Part shown: one piece after another, positions 20,191-29,098 of the stretch
Layout: every line of letters starts with the position of its first letter
How positions within the stretch are numbered: the first letter of the stretch is position 1
Assembly (NCBI GenBank): GCA_963713855.1
Contig: OY970209.1
Span: forward strand, 512,001-576,000
Direction: 5' to 3'
From: an uncultured bacterium
GTDB taxonomy: Bacteria; Babelota; Babeliae; Babelales; Babelaceae
Length of the DNA: 64,000 nt
Made by a program: the position numbers and the translations under genes
The notes under the pieces: generated by a model
Database searches by the model: none
Told to the model about the DNA's origin: nothing
What the model saw: only the letters and a program-made list of their open reading frames with translations

Positions 20191-20878
20191 CGATAGAAAG
20201 CTCATTGTAGACCACCTTGCCTCTTTCATTTCGCAAAAAAAATGGCAGAAGATGCAAGAGGTTGCTGATGAGCGTACAAAGCATATAACAGTTGTCTTAG
20301 AAAATTTGTATCAAGATTTTAATGCGAGTGCAGCTTTTCGCTCAATCGAGTGCTTTGGGTTGGCTGAAGTCCACTTGGTTGAGACTGAGGCTATACGTTC
20401 GGTAAATCGGAGTGTAAGCAAGGGAAGCGAACAATGGCTTACTATTAACACCTATCGCGGTGCGGATGCAGCCGAGCACTGTTTTGCTCACCTAAAGCAA
20501 CAAGGGTATCGGCTTATTGCGACAAAGCCTCACAAAAAAAGCTGCTCCCTGTATGACCTTCCACTTGATAAAAAAACGGCTCTCGTTTTTGGTGCTGAAC
20601 AATCAGGCGTGAGTCCTTATATCGAAAAGCACGTTGACAGCTTTGTTACGATACCAATGTATGGTTTTACGCAAAGTTTTAATGTTGCAGCTAGTGTTGC
20701 AGTCAGCTTATCTGATACGACCAAACGATTGAAAGAATCAGACATCCACTGGCAGCTTCAACCAGAAGAGCGTCTTGAACTGTTGTATCATTGGCTTAGA
20801 AGTACTATTCGGCACGCTGATTTGCTGGAAAGTCGTTTTCTTGCAGAAAGACGCGCTCAAAAGAAAGAGACCGAGTAA
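20180..20878 (+). CDS. trmH: SpoU/TrmH family RNA methyltransferase
   Basis: VVLEN....N.SA..RS, ALVFGAE..GVS, IPMYGFTQSFNVAAS. Confidence 0.88.
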   Translation: MNDNDRKLIVDHLASFISQKKWQKMQEVADERTKHITVVLENLYQDFNASAAFRSIECFGLAEVHLVETEAIRSVNRSVSKGSEQWLTINTYRGADAAEHCFAHLKQQGYRLIATKPHKKSCSLYDLPLDKKTALVFGAEQSGVSPYIEKHVDSFVTIPMYGFTQSFNVAASVAVSLSDTTKRLKESDIHWQLQPEERLELLYHWLRSTIRHADLLESRFLAERRAQKKETE

Positions 20879-22040
20879 TATGCTTACTAATCGCTGTCGT
20901 AATCTCGAGTGCAATAGTACCTACTGTGGCAGCATGTTTTGAAGGGCTTACTACAGGGTCCGGCCCTATAAGCGTCACTTCATCGCCAATGCTTACGCCT
21001 AAAACATCGGTAACATCGATAGTAGTAAGGTTCATGCTTACTACTCCAGCGATGGAAACTGGCTGAGATTTTATGAGAAAAGTGCCTTTGTTACTCAACG
21101 AGCGTGGCAGTCCTTCGGCGTAGCCCAAGGGTAAAATAGCAAGTGTTGTTGGACGGCTAGTTACAAAGCTTTTACCATATCCGACAGCTGTTCCTGGGGG
21201 TACCTTTTTAATGTGGATGATCTTAGTTTTCCAGCTTAAAATTGGCTTAAAGTGTGAGTTTGCAGGAATAGTTGTCAAACGTTGCCTGTCAAGAGCGTGA
21301 TACAAAAGTCCATACGCATGTGCTCCAACACGAGCCATGGTTAACTCTGGGTAAGAGTGTGTATGATGAAGTGATCCTGAAGAGAGTGCGTGAATGTATT
21401 GAGGATTGTAGCCAGCATCTTGGACCCCGCGCACCAGGCTGCAAAATACATTAAGTTGCTTATGAATGAATGTTTCATCCTCAATGCTTTTATCGGCAAG
21501 GTGCGTAAAAAGGCCTTCCACAATAAGTGGTGTTCTGCTTATTTGTGCTAATATTCCCCGTATCTCATCCGGCTCTATACCAAGCCTTACCATGCCCGTA
21601 TCCACCTTAAGATGAATGGATAAAGGTGAAGCATGTTTATACGCTGCTCTTATAACGCGTTCAAGCATGCCCTTGCTATAAATGCCAAGCGCTATTGAGT
21701 CTTTGAAAGCCGCATCAAATTGTGTTCCTGGATCATAGAGAGCAACGATGGGCTTACTAACTCCGGCGCTTCTTAGCTCTAGCGCCTCGTCTATTGTTGC
21801 TGTGCATAAAACATCTACCAGTGGATGCTCTTGGGCGAGCTTACCCACGATTTGTAAACCATGGCCGTAAGCATTTGCTTTTATGACGAGTGCTAACTGG
21901 GAAGAACCGATGGCCTTTTTTATTAAAGCTACATTACTTGAAAACGCCTGAGAATCGATTTCAATCCATGTGGGGTCACAAGAATTTTTTTGTCGCATAA
22001 AGCGGGTAAAAGTAGGCATATTTTTTGCAAACGTAAACAT
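20805..22040 (-). CDS. alr: Alanine racemase
   Basis: VIKANAYGHG, HLKVDTGM.RLG, GYAEG, VSMN; start codon uncertain. Confidence 0.95.
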   Translation of the reverse strand: MFTFAKNMPTFTRFMRQKNSCDPTWIEIDSQAFSSNVALIKKAIGSSQLALVIKANAYGHGLQIVGKLAQEHPLVDVLCTATIDEALELRSAGVSKPIVALYDPGTQFDAAFKDSIALGIYSKGMLERVIRAAYKHASPLSIHLKVDTGMVRLGIEPDEIRGILAQISRTPLIVEGLFTHLADKSIEDETFIHKQLNVFCSLVRGVQDAGYNPQYIHALSSGSLHHTHSYPELTMARVGAHAYGLLYHALDRQRLTTIPANSHFKPILSWKTKIIHIKKVPPGTAVGYGKSFVTSRPTTLAILPLGYAEGLPRSLSNKGTFLIKSQPVSIAGVVSMNLTTIDVTDVLGVSIGDEVTLIGPDPVVSPSKHAATVGTIALEITTAISKHITRSLSFERVFLQENDFPANQRAE

Positions 22041-22224
22041 TAAACTATAGTTTAAAGTATTGGTTGATTGTTAGCAACAATAGCAAAAAATGTTGGCTTA
22101 AGACTTTTTTTTATGCTTTTTTTACGTTTAATCCAGAAGCGTGTGCAATAGCACTTTTTAAACAAATATGCTACACTAACATTTTAAGAGAGTGCTTAAT
22201 AGGTTAATCTTTTTTTGTACAATT

Positions 22225-22836
22225 ATGAGAAAAGGCATTATCTTGCGTTCTTTTCTGCCAGAAAAACGCACGCTTATTATACTTGATCAACTTGAAGGCA
22301 AGCACGTATGTATTCCGATGCGTCGCAAAAATTTTGCGGTATGTCAGGGTATGCTTGTTGAATACCAGCTTGAAGCATGGCGCAACACCTTTCTCATAAG
22401 TGAATGTGAGCCAGTAGCGCTACCAGCCTCTTGGCTGAGAGCAGATATCTTCTTTTTGCACGGTATTCTGCAGCTATGCTCTTCTTACCTGGTTGAACGA
22501 CAAGGATCAGTAAAAGTTTTTTCTCTTCTGCAGCTATTGTATTGTGCTAAAAGAATTCCCATTCAGCCACTTTTGAGTAAAAAATTTTTTATTTGTAAAC
22601 TTTTGTTTGCCCTTGGCCTCTATCCATCACATGTTTTGAGTGTAAAACCTCTGTTTTCTTCCTTGATTTCATCTCAAGAGGATAGTATGTTTAACTTTGA
22701 TTGCAATGAGACAGAGGAACAAGCAATAACAGCCTGGATTGCGGAATCTTTGCGTACAGCTCAAAGTGAAGTTCTTGGCCAAGCGCATACGTTTCCTTTT
22801 TTTAAAGCGTTGGATATCCGCGATGAAATTTGTTAA
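22225..22836 (+). CDS. Divergent RecO-like protein
   Basis: KGIILRS......L.ILD..EGK N-terminus; KLL.ALGLYP helix. Confidence 0.5.
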   Translation: MRKGIILRSFLPEKRTLIILDQLEGKHVCIPMRRKNFAVCQGMLVEYQLEAWRNTFLISECEPVALPASWLRADIFFLHGILQLCSSYLVERQGSVKVFSLLQLLYCAKRIPIQPLLSKKFFICKLLFALGLYPSHVLSVKPLFSSLISSQEDSMFNFDCNETEEQAITAWIAESLRTAQSEVLGQAHTFPFFKALDIRDEIC

Positions 22837-25800
22837 GTTTTTACTATGTTTTTTCTCTCTATTGGCCTTCAGGGTTGATGCCCAGCAGGTATCTTCGCAA
22901 TTGTCTTTAAGCTCTATTGAAAAGCAGCTTTCCGTTCTTCAAAAAGAAAAAGAGGAGGCCAGTGCTATTCAACGTACACAAGACCTTCCAGCTCGTGCGA
23001 ATGAGCAGAGGAGCCTACGAGCTAAATTTGCTAAAGCGTCTCCCCAAGATCAGGAGTTTTTGAATAAGAAAATATCACTGGTCGCGCAGGATTATCAGAT
23101 TTTAACTGAAATTGAGCGTGTATGGCAGCAGTATAAAACGATACTCGATGAGCACATAAAGATCTTACAAGAATACAAGAATGATCCTGAATTTTCTAAA
23201 CTTAAAGTTCCTGCAAAGGCGGCTTACGGTTTTGAGGAATTTGAAGAACTCGGTCGCCGGCTGTTTTCAATAAGAACACGGTTAGCCGACCTTGAAAAAA
23301 GTCGAGCTGCAGCATATGATGACCTTTCTAAACGTAAAAAATCGCGCGCCATGCTTGAAGAGGAATACCAAGAAAAGGTCAGGCAACAGGAAGACTTTGC
23401 CCGTGCTGAATCGACAGAGGGTCAAACCCACGTTCAAAATGCTGAATTAATAGATCTTCAAAAGAGGCTCTTAAACGATAAAAGGATTCTTGCCGAAGTC
23501 AAAACGAAGGAAGCAGAGCAGCGAATTAGCTACTTAGATAGTCAAACCACAATTGCACGAGCACAGCGAGCTCGGGTAAATGAGGATTACGAAGCGATAA
23601 AAAGGGCTTTGTATGTTGATGCATCATACGTCAAAAAAGCTGAATCTGAGCTTGAACGCAAGCGACATGAGTCGGCGGCAATTCGCGAACAGTTGCATGA
23701 CGATATAAAATCGAGCAGCTTTGCAAAAGAGGAGATGCACAAGAAGGTCACCGAGGCTGCAGAACGATTAGGCATTAATCCTGCCGGTTTACCGAATATA
23801 GGTGACTGGGATAAAACGCCAAGCAATGTACAAGAATGGAACGTTTTATGCCTTTTAGGGTACCTCGCTTTACAAGAATCGGTTATAGATTTAGGTAGAG
23901 AATACAAAGAAGCTTTAGTGGAGCTTGAAAAGGCTAAATTGAGGGGCGATGAAGTAACTGTTGCTATTATTCGATCATGGCACGCACTTACGAAAAGTAG
24001 GCTTGGTTTTAGTGCGCATGCTTTGCAACAAGAGATCAAATTCTATGAGGCTCCCAAAGCTGAAATTCAGGGTGATCTTGCTGTCCTTAATGAACGTAGA
24101 GCTCGAGCCCTGACGCTGATGCAAGAGCTTAATAGTCTCCTTGAGCGCATAAAAAAATTATCTGCGTCACTTAAAATGAATGAAATTGATTTTAAAGAGA
24201 ACGCCTCCCAGTTCGAGGTATGCACCCATCGCATGCATGAAGCTGAGGATCAAGTGCGTACTCGCATGTATTTGACTGCAAAATTGATTGAAACCTATTC
24301 TACAACGATTGCTCTTTTAGAAGGTACTAATAAGCGAATTGAGACGGTTGTTAATGAATTAGGAACCAAAAGTTTTTGGGGTCGCTCAGCCCTTTCTATA
24401 ACCTGGACAGAACTTAAAAATTTCTTTCCCGACATTAAGCGATTTACGTATGATGTCATTGCCGGAATGACTCTTACGGCAAAAAACTTCAGCATGTCAA
24501 ACGTTTATTCTTGGCTTTTTAAAAATAGGTCCGCCCCATCGATTCTTCTTTTCTTTTTACGTATTTTGCTTGCCCTCCTTTTGTATCTTGCTTTGCGTAT
24601 GTATATTCCCGTGGCCCGTGACTATTTTTCTTTACCCGGAGAGGGTCACCTCTTAAAAACAAGTATTCGCCTATGGGCGAGTTTTATACTCAATTTTATT
24701 AATAGACATTCATTAAGCCTTTTTTTGTGGCTTTTGGGGTTCATACTCGTCTATTATGAACTTGCTGGAAATGCTTACTGGTCGATATCATTCTATCTTG
24801 CCTCAATACCTTTTATGCTCTATATTGTGTACGCATTTTTTGCTGATTTTAAAGCTACTAACAGAAGATTTCATTATGGCCTTTTGAGTGAGACCTATGA
24901 GTCGCGGTTTATCGTTGTTGTCTCCTTGCTCTCCTATATAACGGTTGTGTTGTTTTTCTTCAGGGCTGCGTTCATTGCTGCGAATTATCATGCTTCGGCT
25001 GTGCCTGCCATTTTACTTGCGCTTAATTTTATCGTTTTCCAATTAGCTCTTATGAGCCTTATAAGCAAAGAGTGGATTTTGCAGCTTATACCACGTAATA
25101 CGCCGTTATGGGAATGGATATACGATAACGTTAGCCATTACTATTACATTCTTTGGCTTTTTATGATTGCCATCATCATTATGAGCAATCCGTACGTCGG
25201 CTATGGCAGACAAGTGCTCTACGTGCTTGCCAGATTGGTCATTATAGGCTCATTTATACCGCTATTCTCGTACTTATATACCCGTATTAGGCGCGTTTCA
25301 TCTAATCTGTTCTTTTATTACGGCTCTGGCGAGAATTTGGTGGAGCGATTTAAGTCGGCGCGTACTTGGTATGGCTTTTTTGTCGTTCTCATGTTTTGCG
25401 CTTTCGTCATTCTTGGCCTTATTGTTGGCGCGCGGGTTATAGGTTATCATGTCGATTTTCGCGACATACTTTCTTGGTTGAAGTATGAGCTTTATAGCCC
25501 GGGTTTTGATGACGTTGGTAGACGAATTGCAGTTACGCCACTTGCTTTTTTAAAAGTTATAGTCTTTTTCTTGGCAGGGCTTGTAGCGGCTTATGTTATT
25601 AACAATCTTATACTTCGGCGCATATTTGATCCCTTACTGGTAAGCTCCGGTATCCAAAATACGGTTTTTACCTTTAGCCGCTACGCAATCACTTTTATCG
25701 CGCTCCTCATTGGTTTTAAAACAGTTGGCTTACAGTCCTTTGCGATGCAGCTCCTTCTTCCTTTAGGTGCTTTGGCTCTTGCGCTTAAAGATCCTGTATT

Positions 25801-26353
25801 GGACTTATTCTCCTATTTTATAATCCTTGTGCAAAGGCCAATCAAAATAGGAGATTTAATAGCTCTTGACGATAACGTAACAGGGGTAGTGCGTCATATT
25901 ACGCCGCGCTCGGTGGTCTTGCGAAGAAAAAATAGTGTGACAATTATGGTTCCTAACTCGCACATTGTCACAAGGCCTTTAGTAAACTGGAACTATTCCC
26001 CTAATTTCTTTGCGATGAACGATATGCTCATTACTATTCCGTATACCTGTGACCCGGATAAAGTACGCCTTCTTATTGTAAAGATTGTTGATAACAATAT
26101 TAATATCTTGAAAACCCCCGCACCCTTGATACTTCTTCACGATTTTGTTGATAACGGTTTTCAATTTATGATTAGAGCGTACCTTACAGGTGAAAAGGTG
26201 TTAGAGCAGTGGGAAATAGCTTCTAATTTGCGCCTTGATATTATTAGAACATTACGCGTTAATGGCATTCAAGTTGCTATGCCGACGCGTATTTTGCGCG
26301 TATTACCTGAAGAGAGTTGCACGTTGCCTAAAAATGAAAAAAGGGAAGAGTAG
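22823..26353 (+). CDS. Large MscS-family mechanosensitive channel with long periplasmic coiled coil (MscK-like)
   Basis: Signal peptide, long coiled coil, many TM helices, RPIKIGD.I, VPNS, VNW motifs. Confidence 0.9.
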   Translation: MKFVKFLLCFFSLLAFRVDAQQVSSQLSLSSIEKQLSVLQKEKEEASAIQRTQDLPARANEQRSLRAKFAKASPQDQEFLNKKISLVAQDYQILTEIERVWQQYKTILDEHIKILQEYKNDPEFSKLKVPAKAAYGFEEFEELGRRLFSIRTRLADLEKSRAAAYDDLSKRKKSRAMLEEEYQEKVRQQEDFARAESTEGQTHVQNAELIDLQKRLLNDKRILAEVKTKEAEQRISYLDSQTTIARAQRARVNEDYEAIKRALYVDASYVKKAESELERKRHESAAIREQLHDDIKSSSFAKEEMHKKVTEAAERLGINPAGLPNIGDWDKTPSNVQEWNVLCLLGYLALQESVIDLGREYKEALVELEKAKLRGDEVTVAIIRSWHALTKSRLGFSAHALQQEIKFYEAPKAEIQGDLAVLNERRARALTLMQELNSLLERIKKLSASLKMNEIDFKENASQFEVCTHRMHEAEDQVRTRMYLTAKLIETYSTTIALLEGTNKRIETVVNELGTKSFWGRSALSITWTELKNFFPDIKRFTYDVIAGMTLTAKNFSMSNVYSWLFKNRSAPSILLFFLRILLALLLYLALRMYIPVARDYFSLPGEGHLLKTSIRLWASFILNFINRHSLSLFLWLLGFILVYYELAGNAYWSISFYLASIPFMLYIVYAFFADFKATNRRFHYGLLSETYESRFIVVVSLLSYITVVLFFFRAAFIAANYHASAVPAILLALNFIVFQLALMSLISKEWILQLIPRNTPLWEWIYDNVSHYYYILWLFMIAIIIMSNPYVGYGRQVLYVLARLVIIGSFIPLFSYLYTRIRRVSSNLFFYYGSGENLVERFKSARTWYGFFVVLMFCAFVILGLIVGARVIGYHVDFRDILSWLKYELYSPGFDDVGRRIAVTPLAFLKVIVFFLAGLVAAYVINNLILRRIFDPLLVSSGIQNTVFTFSRYAITFIALLIGFKTVGLQSFAMQLLLPLGALALALKDPVLDLFSYFIILVQRPIKIGDLIALDDNVTGVVRHITPRSVVLRRKNSVTIMVPNSHIVTRPLVNWNYSPNFFAMNDMLITIPYTCDPDKVRLLIVKIVDNNINILKTPAPLILLHDFVDNGFQFMIRAYLTGEKVLEQWEIASNLRLDIIRTLRVNGIQVAMPTRILRVLPEESCTLPKNEKREE

Positions 26354-26363
26354 AGCTCTTCCC
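26343..26363. terminator. Hairpin between convergent genes
   Basis: GGGAAGAG-N5-CTCTTCCC. Confidence 0.5.
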
Positions 26364-26588
26364 TCATTGAGTTTTTGATGAGTGGTCTTTGTGCAGATAG
26401 TGCTTCATTTTAGCATAGAAGCCACTTATATACATGCCATATATAATGGATGAAAGCGCTACTACTCCTAAGAAGAATGAGAGTCCTTGTTCAATAAGCC
26501 CTAAGGTATGCAGAAGAAGAGCGATTCCAGCGACCATAATTAAAGTGCCACGTAGTACGTGAACATTGTTAACATTTTCGAGTGCCAT
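26364..26588 (-). CDS. Small two-TM membrane protein
   Basis: AAGGA RBS, two hydrophobic helices, similar to neighbour. Confidence 0.7.
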   Translation of the reverse strand: MALENVNNVHVLRGTLIMVAGIALLLHTLGLIEQGLSFFLGVVALSSIIYGMYISGFYAKMKHYLHKDHSSKTQ

Positions 26589-26619
26589 ATGCAGTTCCTT
26601 TATTTATACAATTTGTTTG

Positions 26620-26826
26620 TTATGAGCTTGGTGTGCGACTACGAAGGAGCGCGCGATGAAAACCTGCTTCAATGAATCCACTCACTATAAGCAACAAGGA
26701 AATAAGTATAAGAATAGTAGATCCTATTCTCTGAATGAACCCAAGGATATAAAGTACGAGGATAATTCCAAGGATAATAAAGAAGATCCCTCGCAATTTT
26801 TGGGCATGTATTTCGTTATACACCAT
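26620..26826 (-). CDS. Small two-TM membrane protein, paralog of 26364-26588
   Basis: AAGGAG RBS; LRG......GI.L.L..LG.I pattern shared with neighbour. Confidence 0.7.
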   Translation of the reverse strand: MVYNEIHAQKLRGIFFIILGIILVLYILGFIQRIGSTILILISLLLIVSGFIEAGFHRALLRSRTPSS

Positions 26827-27096
26827 TAGTAACGCTCCTTAAAAAATAGGTTTAAACATTTTGCAGTATATGACTTTTGCTCAGCCGGCGCAACTCTAGC
26901 TTGTTTTCCAGGTGAAAATGGCCTTAAAAAGCTATTGATAGGTGTGTATGAGGTTACCAATTTAAAAGGCATTATTTTAAGCTTGTACGGGTTTTCTGCC
27001 AATGATTTTTAAGATGGCGATTCTTGTGCTATACTAAGTGCACTGTTCTAACTGCTCAATTATAAAAGGTTATTCGTTTTCAGGGGGGATTCGCTC

Positions 27097-27894
27097 ATGA
27101 AAAAGCCTGTTGGCTTATTATTTGTTTTTTTTATTGCTATGGGTTTGAATGCTCGTGTAAGAGTGCTTCCAGAAGCGGTAAAATCGGAGGTTGTAAAAGC
27201 TTTTCTTTCGAGAAAGGCAGCTGTTCCTACACATAAAACTAAGCTTTTGCTGATACGACACGGGCAGACTAATGAGAATGCTCTTCGTATCGTACAGGGC
27301 CACCTCGATGTCCCTTTAAGCGAGGTGGGGATTGAAGAGGCTTCAGCGATTGCGCGAACCATAAAACAAGTTTATCCGGCTACAGCAGCTATTTATAGCT
27401 CAGATTTAAAACGAGCTTATCATACTGCTCAAGTCATTGGAAAAGCTCTTGATAAAAAGGTCAAAACAAGCACTGACTTGCGCGAATTACGATGTGGTCT
27501 AGTAGAGGGGCTGTCGCGCGATCTTCGTAAAGCGCTTTATGGTGAATGGAAAGACAAGCTCGATAAGCTCCATCCTTCACCGTATACACGCTGGCACTTT
27601 CCAGACTGGCCCTCGGGAGAAACAAAGTTTGACCTCCTTAAGCGCGTTAGAGGTGTTTTAGAACAGATAGCACAACGTCACAAGGGACAACTAATAGTAA
27701 TTGTTACTCATTCGGGTGTTATAGATACGCTAATAATGAGCTTAAAAAACCCGCATTACCCTATTCCTAACTGCAGTATCTCCCATTTTTGGTACGACCA
27801 CTCTCGATCGGAAAATCCTTTGACATTTGTCAAAATGGAGGAATATTCGGGCAAAGAAGTCTATCCAGAAGCAAATGCTCCTTCACATCTGTAA
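27097..27894 (+). CDS. Signal-peptide histidine phosphatase
   Basis: LIRHGQT, YSSDL.RA..TA, LRE...G..EG, VTHSG. Confidence 0.92.
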   Translation: MKKPVGLLFVFFIAMGLNARVRVLPEAVKSEVVKAFLSRKAAVPTHKTKLLLIRHGQTNENALRIVQGHLDVPLSEVGIEEASAIARTIKQVYPATAAIYSSDLKRAYHTAQVIGKALDKKVKTSTDLRELRCGLVEGLSRDLRKALYGEWKDKLDKLHPSPYTRWHFPDWPSGETKFDLLKRVRGVLEQIAQRHKGQLIVIVTHSGVIDTLIMSLKNPHYPIPNCSISHFWYDHSRSENPLTFVKMEEYSGKEVYPEANAPSHL

Positions 27895-27901
27895 TATCCA
27901 A

Positions 27902-29098
27902 TTACGTCGTGCAAGCAGCTACTTTTAGAACCACTTGGCTAAGCGTTGGTATAATTGTTTTGAGGTCTTTTGTAGTTTGAAGTCCTAGTTCGCAAGCTAT
28001 AGCAGGTACGGCGATGCCCAAGAGAGGTTTAAAAGGAAGTCCCATGGTGGCCCTCATAGAAAGCCCCCCACTACTATCGTTTTTAGTAAGAATACTGAAT
28101 AAGTTTGCTAATTTCTTATTTGAAGCGTAATAGGGAAGGTATGCTTGTTGCTCACTTCTGAAAGCTAAATCCTTACCTGATTTATGATACGCGTCCTGAA
28201 CGGGATTGAGTGAAAAGTAGTACACGTCAAGAGTGCGCTGAGGTAATGGCTGATAAAAGCAATGGATGCTAATAAGAACGTCTGCTGCGTAGCGATTTGC
28301 AAAAGATGCTCCTTGAAGATCATCCATGCCTGTTCCAGGAGTTTTTGCTAGCAGTACTCGGCACCCCGGCAATGCTTCTTGTATACTTTTTACTACCCCT
28401 TCCGCGCACTGCAAAGCGAGGCCTCTTTCAAAGCTATCCCCAATGGACCTTCCCACTTTTTGAGCATCGCCTGCCGCGCTGATCATGATAGTAAGTGGCT
28501 TTTTGGACGGGCATGTCAACTCTGCTTTTTCGATTTGAGGCTTTAAGTCAAGTGAAAATCCCTGTAAGGGCCAACTTTGTGAAAAATCTAAGTGGGTATC
28601 TTGAAGCGGGAGGTGGTCGACCAAAAAGCGAACATTTTGTATGGGAATACGTGCCGCTATCAACGTTTGCAAGAATGATTCTATAAGTTGGTATTTATCG
28701 TAGGTAGAGCTTTCTGACTCAAGCGGGCTTCTGTTAAGCGACATAAACAGTTCCTGTTTATGTTCTGATATCGTTGCGGATTGGACGTCTATAGGCTTTT
28801 GAAGAATATCTTCTTCGTCTAAAAGATTGAGCCAATGCGCCATTATACATGCCGCATTTAAAGCAGTATCCGATGTCCATGGGATTTCATCAGCTTCCTG
28901 CTTTAGTTGATCTTTGTGCCAGTATGATAATACGATCCTTTTTTTCTCAATGATGGGATTGTGTGGTACTGGCGTCGCGCTAAATCCTGGAGCGCTTATA
29001 CGTATGCTTATAAGCTCATTATATAAGCAACATAAGAGTATTCCGCTCATACTTGCTATCACCGTTATGACTATAAGGTATACGTTTTCAATTTTCAT
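27902..29098 (-). CDS. Membrane-anchored GerMN-like plus amidase_3 domain protein
   Basis: N-terminal TM; C-terminal FAN...AD..ISIH and PAI..ELG amidase motifs. Confidence 0.7.
   Translation of the reverse strand: MKIENVYLIVITVIASMSGILLCCLYNELISIRISAPGFSATPVPHNPIIEKKRIVLSYWHKDQLKQEADEIPWTSDTALNAACIMAHWLNLLDEEDILQKPIDVQSATISEHKQELFMSLNRSPLESESSTYDKYQLIESFLQTLIAARIPIQNVRFLVDHLPLQDTHLDFSQSWPLQGFSLDLKPQIEKAELTCPSKKPLTIMISAAGDAQKVGRSIGDSFERGLALQCAEGVVKSIQEALPGCRVLLAKTPGTGMDDLQGASFANRYAADVLISIHCFYQPLPQRTLDVYYFSLNPVQDAYHKSGKDLAFRSEQQAYLPYYASNKKLANLFSILTKNDSSGGLSMRATMGLPFKPLLGIAVPAIACELGLQTTKDLKTIIPTLSQVVLKVAACTT

Noticed and set aside
20805..20878. 74-bp convergent overlap of trmH and alr
   Set aside because: Short tail-to-tail overlaps are common in compact genomes
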